From the IMG/VR virus record IMGVR_UViG_3300038299_000097, positions 10,816 through 74,815 of that record: DNA of 64,000 nucleotides; one strand, 5' to 3'. The stretch is from a virus. Under the pieces are notes generated by a model. It was not told the DNA's origin. It saw only the letters and a program-made list of their open reading frames with translations, and searched no databases. Made by a program: the position numbers and the translations under genes. Shown here piece by piece: positions 59,405 to 64,000 of the stretch; the first letter of the stretch is position 1; the number at the start of each line of letters is the position of its first letter.

Positions 59405-59868
59405 AATTCTTTCTTAATACGGTCACAGATCCACTTGTAGGGCACGTCAACGAACTTGGCCACCTTCTTACGGTTCCAAGTATACTGTACCCATGTCTTG
59501 GTGTCATCAAAGTATTCATACCAATGCTTAGACCACCGCCCAAAGAACACACAAGTCCAAGTATTGGGGCGAGCATCTAAAATGCGGTGTGTATAGTTTC
59601 TGGGAAGGTATCTAGGTCTGAACAGTTTTCTGACTTGCTGCTTCTTAATACCCTCATCGGTGATGACCTCTTGAATATAAGATCCACGGAGAGTGAACGC
59701 CACGGAGTTAAACGCATGAGTATGGAATCGATTCTGGTCGATAGTCTTCCAGTTATAAATCCAGATACCACCCAGTTGCTTACACTCAAAAATGGTGTAC
59801 TGCTCGATGTGACCTTTACCTAGTTCGATGCGCTTCTTTTGAGCGATGATGACATTACCAATTCTCAT
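59401..59868 (-). CDS. Cupin-like protein
   Basis: HTHAF...L.GSY..E...THRI...TWT motifs. Confidence 0.6.
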   Translation of the reverse strand: MRIGNVIIAQKKRIELGKGHIEQYTIFECKQLGGIWIYNWKTIDQNRFHTHAFNSVAFTLRGSYIQEVITDEGIKKQQVRKLFRPRYLPRNYTHRILDARPNTWTCVFFGRWSKHWYEYFDDTKTWVQYTWNRKKVAKFVDVPYKWICDRIKKEL

Positions 59869-60325
59869 ATTTATGAACCATAAAATCGTTGTTCTCTAAT
59901 GTAGTGGATTTACTATTATATAACCCACCTACCCAGTTCATATCCATAGTGGTGTCACACTCGTACCCCTCATGTAAACGTGTCACCCATAGTGTATCAC
60001 ACAGTGGTAGTAGCTCCTCATATATCTCAGCACCGCCGATAATAACAACGGGTGAATCATGGAAACATTGTAGTGATAGGAAATGTTCAAGTGTCATAGA
60101 CTCTACGATACCATCCCACTTCTCTGGTGTCCTGCTGAGTACGATGTTGCGCCTTTTAGGTAATTGTTTACGTCCTAGAGATTCAAACGTCTTAGAACCC
60201 ATCACAACAGCCTTACCTCGTGTCACATTGACGAAGTGCTGCATGTCCTCCTTATTGAAAGGCCATGGTAATGAATTCTCAAATCCAATACCACCGTTTT
60301 TATCACATGCGAAAATAGCTTCCAT
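59855..60325 (-). CDS. folA: Dihydrofolate reductase
   Basis: GIG..LPW..EDM..F, VVMG.KTFES, LP.R.NIVLSR and IIGGAEIY motifs. Confidence 0.95.
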   Translation of the reverse strand: MEAIFACDKNGGIGFENSLPWPFNKEDMQHFVNVTRGKAVVMGSKTFESLGRKQLPKRRNIVLSRTPEKWDGIVESMTLEHFLSLQCFHDSPVVIIGGAEIYEELLPLCDTLWVTRLHEGYECDTTMDMNWVGGLYNSKSTTLENNDFMVHKYENW

Positions 60326-60331
60326 AATTAT

Positions 60332-60562
60332 TTAGGTGATGTGAATTTTTCTAGGGGATTCTTGAAACTTATCTTCAAGTTCCTGTCGTAATGAATCTGG
60401 AAACTCTACAGCGACGATCTCTTCACCAGCGTAACGGAAATCCTCCTTCACCGAGTGGTAGACTTCGGCAACCTCTTTACAAGTACCTACAATATATTCA
60501 TAGGTACCAACCTTAAACTGGTTACATTGTGCAACCCCTTTACATATAATCTTTTTAATCAT
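60332..60562 (-). CDS. Hypothetical protein heading the DHFR-thyA operon
   Basis: TTGACT-N16-TATAAT upstream (about 60572-60599). Confidence 0.6.
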   Translation of the reverse strand: MIKKIICKGVAQCNQFKVGTYEYIVGTCKEVAEVYHSVKEDFRYAGEEIVAVEFPDSLRQELEDKFQESPRKIHIT

Positions 60563-60601
60563 GGTGAACCCATTATAGGGAACACCACGGTTTAGTCAAT
60601 A

Positions 60602-61258
60602 TTAATATACTGAATTTGCCTGTACCCTCTTCCAGAACGTTTCGGGGCTTTTGATATAAGCATCCGAATCAAATGATACGAGTTCGAGTTTATGAAGTGA
60701 GTTTGGTACACTCTTCAGAGAGAGGTGGTAGATATTTCTACGAGGTTTACTCTTGTAGATCTGACCAATTGTCTTAGTGGCAGCATGTACTAGTGCATAT
60801 TTGTATTCCCTAGTAGTGGTTCTCTTGGTTTTAGGTTTAGCAACCACTGGCTGAACATCGATCTTGGAGAGGATATCAGTAGGGATTGTATCGATCTTAA
60901 AGACTTCCTCAATACGTCTTCTAGTACCAGCAGAGTGGTCTAGAGTCTCGCCATATTGATGGGCAAGAGCGTGGTTGCAAGTGGTGATAATGAACTTACC
61001 ACGGTAGCGGAACGATTTAACAGTCTTAGCAGAAACGTGAACCTGATCGAATGTAACACCAACGTGGTGTAGCGCAGCCTTGATCTGGTGAGTCTGTGTA
61101 CCACAATTGGCTTTACGCCCCACTTGCTTAAGTAGACTCCAGCTCTGCTCGAACGTGAGGTCTAGGGTTACTGCAAGTGCAATAACTGCACAACATCCAC
61201 TCTCGCCTAGTTCTGTGCCGCGCTCTCTGATGTTGTGGTATCTCTGAATTGCTGTCAT
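60602..61258 (-). CDS. Hypothetical protein (possible papain-like Cys/His fold)
   Basis: CCAVIALA...HALA...D; TTGACA-N16-TATTGT-N6-ATG. Confidence 0.6.
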   Translation of the reverse strand: MTAIQRYHNIRERGTELGESGCCAVIALAVTLDLTFEQSWSLLKQVGRKANCGTQTHQIKAALHHVGVTFDQVHVSAKTVKSFRYRGKFIITTCNHALAHQYGETLDHSAGTRRRIEEVFKIDTIPTDILSKIDVQPVVAKPKTKRTTTREYKYALVHAATKTIGQIYKSKPRRNIYHLSLKSVPNSLHKLELVSFDSDAYIKSPETFWKRVQANSVY

Positions 61259-61353
61259 GGGTGAACAATACAAAATACCACAGTGGTGTCAACACCTATC
61301 GTTAAAAAAGTCTAAAAAAAAAGAGTGCCGAAGCACTCCTTGGTTAAAAGGTG

Positions 61354-61686
61354 TTAAAATTTCTCATCCATGTCGATTGTACCACTACTCCAGTCAGTAC
61401 CGTTACCACCCATCCAACCAGTGCCCGTCTCATTCTTTAGGAACTTCTGTTCGAACTCCTCTTTAGTAATGACACCAGTATGTCTGAACCCATCTGAGGA
61501 TGCAAATGCTGGCACAGCTCTAATACCTAACTCCACAGCACGTTTCATACCAGCCTCATTGTCGATACTCACTTCAATAAAGTTGATATTATCACCAAAC
61601 TTTGCTTTAAGTTCTGTCCATACAGGTGCTACTAGCTTACATGGTGGGCACCCTTCTTTAGAAAATTTATAAATTGCTTTCATCAT
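61354..61686 (-). CDS. Thioredoxin
   Basis: CPPC active site; IRAVP cis-Pro loop. Confidence 0.85.
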   Translation of the reverse strand: MMKAIYKFSKEGCPPCKLVAPVWTELKAKFGDNINFIEVSIDNEAGMKRAVELGIRAVPAFASSDGFRHTGVITKEEFEQKFLKNETGTGWMGGNGTDWSSGTIDMDEKF

Positions 61687-61692
61687 ACATAC

Positions 61693-62280
61693 TTATAGAC
61701 CAACTTGGTTTTCTACAAGCCCTAATAATAATTTAAGACTAAACACACCATGTTTAGATAATACTTTAACTATACCCATAACATCCTCGTTAAAAAACTG
61801 TGGGTGTGTCAACATTCTGATAACCTTTTTAGTTTTTACACTATCTAATTGACCCACGAAGTCTTCAACAGTCACACCATAAGGTTTTAGTTTAATAAAT
61901 AGGTGATATATACCGTTTTCGTGATTATCATTATCAAATAAAGAATTATCACCCTCTGGAATACCATTAGATTTTAAAAATTTATTCCAATCCTCGTAAG
62001 CTTCTTCACCCAATGCATTCCATACATATGTCTCTAAAATACTCATAGGATCACTAGGCTCTCCATCATCCTCCGCATTATGTTTAGCCATGCTATAAAG
62101 ATTGGCTCCTGTCATATCCTCCCAGTTATCAAAAAACTTGGAGAATTTTTTAGTAGTCCAATCAATAAGTGTGATAACCTCCTGTTCAGACAACCCACCA
62201 GAACTGGTAGGTTGGGTAGGTTGGCTAGGCTTATTACCCAAGTTTATCTCATTAATTAGTTTATCAAATTTATTCAACAT
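61693..62280 (-). CDS. Hypothetical late protein
   Basis: TAATTA-N5-ATG. Confidence 0.6.
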   Translation of the reverse strand: MLNKFDKLINEINLGNKPSQPTQPTSSGGLSEQEVITLIDWTTKKFSKFFDNWEDMTGANLYSMAKHNAEDDGEPSDPMSILETYVWNALGEEAYEDWNKFLKSNGIPEGDNSLFDNDNHENGIYHLFIKLKPYGVTVEDFVGQLDSVKTKKVIRMLTHPQFFNEDVMGIVKVLSKHGVFSLKLLLGLVENQVGL

Positions 62281-62288
62281 ATTATTAA

Positions 62289-62762
62289 TTATGTGATTAA
62301 GTGGTCGTCTGTATTAGATTCTTTCCACTCAAGGTATAGTGCCTTAGCACCAGCATTGAACCATTTGAGACACCACTTCTCTTCCCTGTTCTGCTCAGTG
62401 AAGTACTCACGAGCCAGACCATGGTCAATCATGTACTGATTAACGTGCATTGTTCTGTCGTCTATCTCTACCCATACCTCACCAACCAAACGGTTGAATG
62501 ATGTGGTGCTTAAGCTTTTGATATAGATAGTCTTACCTATAAGGATAGATTTAAGCCATTCCTGTATTTCGATGGCAATAGCCTTCTCGGAAGCGAACAC
62601 CCTTTTGGTGTTATTACTTTGCTTCTCTGGTGTGTCTATGCGTGATAATCGAAATTTCTGTTGGCTGAGAATAACATCAAATCCCAGATCTATATCCACG
62701 GTTATAGAGTCACCGTCATATACGTCTGTTACGGTAGCTCTCCTTATGAATTCATCTGTCAT
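62289..62762 (-). CDS. Thermonuclease (SNase-like)
   Basis: VYDGDS..DLGF, RL..IDTPE and N..MI..GLA..Y motifs. Confidence 0.85.
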   Translation of the reverse strand: MTDEFIRRATVTDVYDGDSITVDIDLGFDVILSQQKFRLSRIDTPEKQSNNTKRVFASEKAIAIEIQEWLKSILIGKTIYIKSLSTTSFNRLVGEVWVEIDDRTMHVNQYMIDHGLAREYFTEQNREEKWCLKWFNAGAKALYLEWKESNTDDHLIT

Positions 62763-62795
62763 ATAAGTAATTATACTATATGTTATAAGGAAAGT

Positions 62796-62854
62796 AAGCC
62801 CACACCACCTATATGCGATATTTATGACAACAAACTAATAGGTGGTGTGGCTTT
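62796..62854 (-). terminator. Long hairpin, likely terminator of the tRNA operon
   Basis: ccacaccacctat / ataggtggtgtgg inverted repeat. Confidence 0.55.
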
Positions 62855-62860
62855 GAAGCT

Positions 62861-62933
62861 CGTAAGCATGGAGGGATTTGATACCCACATTAGGACTCCA
62901 GTAACGGTTCCGTCTTCTTTAGATGACATGCTA
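62861..62933 (-). tRNA. Degenerate tRNA-like element or pseudogene
   Basis: AGCATG/CATGCT acceptor; T-arm GTGGG-TATCAAAT-CCCTC; ends ACGA; anticodon arm poor. Confidence 0.4.
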
Positions 62934-62985
62934 CTTTTCAGTATCTCGTTAATTAGACGGTCAACTTAGTTATTAATAAAACTGC

Positions 62986-63161
62986 TGGACTGCTTGGTCA
63001 CTGGGCATAGCCCTCACTCACAGTCACTCCACTGGCGACTAACCAATGTTATAGTCCACACCACAGGGGGTCAACCCTCGCGTGAATTACACACTACCAG
63101 AGTCCGACGAACTGGTAACCGATGATAGAAGCGTCGATGTCCTCTACGGTGAATAACGTGG
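62986..63161 (-). ncRNA. Two adjacent multibranch structured RNAs, unknown family
   Basis: Closing stems tggact/agtcca and ccac/gtgg, each with 2-4 internal hairpins; inside the tRNA operon. Confidence 0.45.
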
Positions 63162-63171
63162 TAAGTTAAAA

Positions 63172-63249
63172 TGGTTGGAGTCGTTGGATTTGCACCAACA
63201 CAAGGTAATTAACCGAACGGCTCATGAGACCGATTGTACTATTACTCCA
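63172..63249 (-). tRNA. D-armless tRNA-like RNA, anticodon CAU, long variable arm, encoded CCA
   Basis: TGGAGTA-ATAGTACAA-TCGGT-CTCATGA-GCCGT-variable arm-GTTGG-TGCAAAT-CCAAC-GACTCCA-A-CCA. Confidence 0.7.
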
Positions 63250-63256
63250 TTAGAAA

Positions 63257-63332
63257 TGGTGCCGAGGGGCTGGAGTCTCACCAGCCGCCGCAGGGTTTAG
63301 TCACCCCCGCTCTAATTCTGAGCTACCTCGGC
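63257..63332 (-). tRNA. Phe-like tRNA body with aberrant anticodon loop (UGACUAAA), encoded CCA
   Basis: Perfect GCCGAGG/CCTCGGC acceptor, GCTC/GAGC D-stem, T-loop TGAGACT. Confidence 0.7.
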
Positions 63333-63339
63333 ATAAAGG

Positions 63340-63413
63340 TTGGCGTGGTAGGATTTGAACCTACATTGTCTCCTCAAAACGGAGAGCGTAATAACCAGTT
63401 ATACTACACGCCA
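63340..63413 (-). tRNA. tRNA, anticodon read as UUU (Lys) with atypical loop GTTTTGA
   Basis: TGGCGTG/CACGCCA acceptor; TCTCC/GGAGA anticodon stem; GTAGG-TTCAAAT-CCTAC T-arm. Confidence 0.75.
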
Positions 63414-63511
63414 ATAAAATTTATGTTTATTGTCAGTCGATCTCTTGAGATCCCCTTACTACCAAGGACGTTTGAAGATTGTGCGGTTAGCTCTTCGGGG
63501 CTATGTTATAA

Positions 63512-63539
63512 ATTATACAGATTGTGTAGGGTTTGTCAA
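63512..63539 (-). promoter_or_regulatory. Consensus sigma70-type promoter of the tRNA operon
   Basis: TTGACA-N16-TATAAT on the minus strand. Confidence 0.8.
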
Positions 63540-63557
63540 CCCCTCAATGAGATTTAT

Positions 63558-63761
63558 TTAACTAGGTCGTCTATCTTCAACTTCTGTTGCTCCGATCAAA
63601 CCACTACATAGTCTAGGGATGACGTAACCATCTAGTGTGTAACCACCTTGGTCGGTACCTTCGATGACTGTAATACCGTCTTCAGTACGGGCAGTATAGT
63701 TACTTGGTAGGTAAGGTAGTACTCGTTCAAGGGTTGCTGTGGTGTGTGCGGTTCGTTGCAT
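63558..63761 (-). CDS. Small hypothetical early protein
   Basis: TTGACT-N17-TATATT-N6-ATG. Confidence 0.65.
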   Translation of the reverse strand: MQRTAHTTATLERVLPYLPSNYTARTEDGITVIEGTDQGGYTLDGYVIPRLCSGLIGATEVEDRRPS

Positions 63762-63774
63762 GAGAAGAATATAC

Positions 63775-63819
63775 AAAATGAACACCAAATAGTCAATAAC
63801 TATTTGGTGTTCATTTTGA
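63775..63819. repeat. Perfect 20-bp inverted repeat overlapping a promoter
   Basis: caaaatgaacaccaaatagt-caata-actatttggtgttcattttg. Confidence 0.85.
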
Positions 63820-63839
63820 ATTAATACACAGTGGTGTGA

Positions 63840-64000
63840 TTAGTCAATAGTCACACTACCATCTTCATTAACAGTATGTGCCTGTACTTTAGCAACTAAT
63901 CCCATGATCACACCAAGTTCATTGTCGCGCTTACCTGTAAGTTCACCTGCTAGGAAAGCAACTGTGTTTGTGTTAAGTTCAAAAAGCTCCTGTGCATCTG
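63840..64000 (-). CDS. 3' end of a hypothetical protein that begins beyond the window
   Basis: Open frame DAQELFELNTNTVAFLAGELTGKRDNELGVIMGLVAKVQAHTVNEDGSVTID*. Confidence 0.5.
   Translation of the reverse strand, partial: DAQELFELNTNTVAFLAGELTGKRDNELGVIMGLVAKVQAHTVNEDGSVTID

Noticed and set aside
63234-63611. 125-aa + strand ORF (also 62661..62969)
   Set aside because: Antisense to tRNA genes and their promoter
1-64000. Genome-wide TAG reassignment
   Set aside because: TAG cleanly ends conserved genes (gp32, GroES, rIIB, ligase) and long genes are not fragmented; in-frame TAGs were found only at 40960 and 41122

Overview
64 kb of an AT-rich, T4-like (large myovirus) phage genome with replication, structural and metabolic genes interleaved. 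Recognisable genes: gp32-like SSB, probable sliding clamp, clamp loader, DNA ligase, nrdA/nrdB, thyA, DHFR, thioredoxin, PhoH, GroES, rmlA/rmlD, rIIA/rIIB, an amidase, and neck, tail and baseplate proteins. The most striking element is the gap at 29100-29825. It holds two sigma70-type promoters and five tandem hairpin RNAs sharing an AGCYA/RAUWC internal loop, two of which carry circularly permuted tRNA-like domains (Leu-like and Asn-like). They lie directly upstream of a 680-aa helical protein with a C-terminal TerD-like domain, suggesting a non-canonical Ro60/Y-RNA-like ribonucleoprotein system. Other observations: a TAAWTA-N5-ATG (leaderless, late-type) motif before about 27 genes; an HNH endonuclease fused in-frame inside thyA with no intein or intron signature; an operon of aberrant tRNAs (including a D-armless CAU tRNA) plus unknown structured RNAs; a virion gene broken by a 14-bp duplication and two in-frame TAGs; and a catalytically dead IS607-type resolvase. 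All protein calls come from motif recognition by eye; no searches or folding programs were run.
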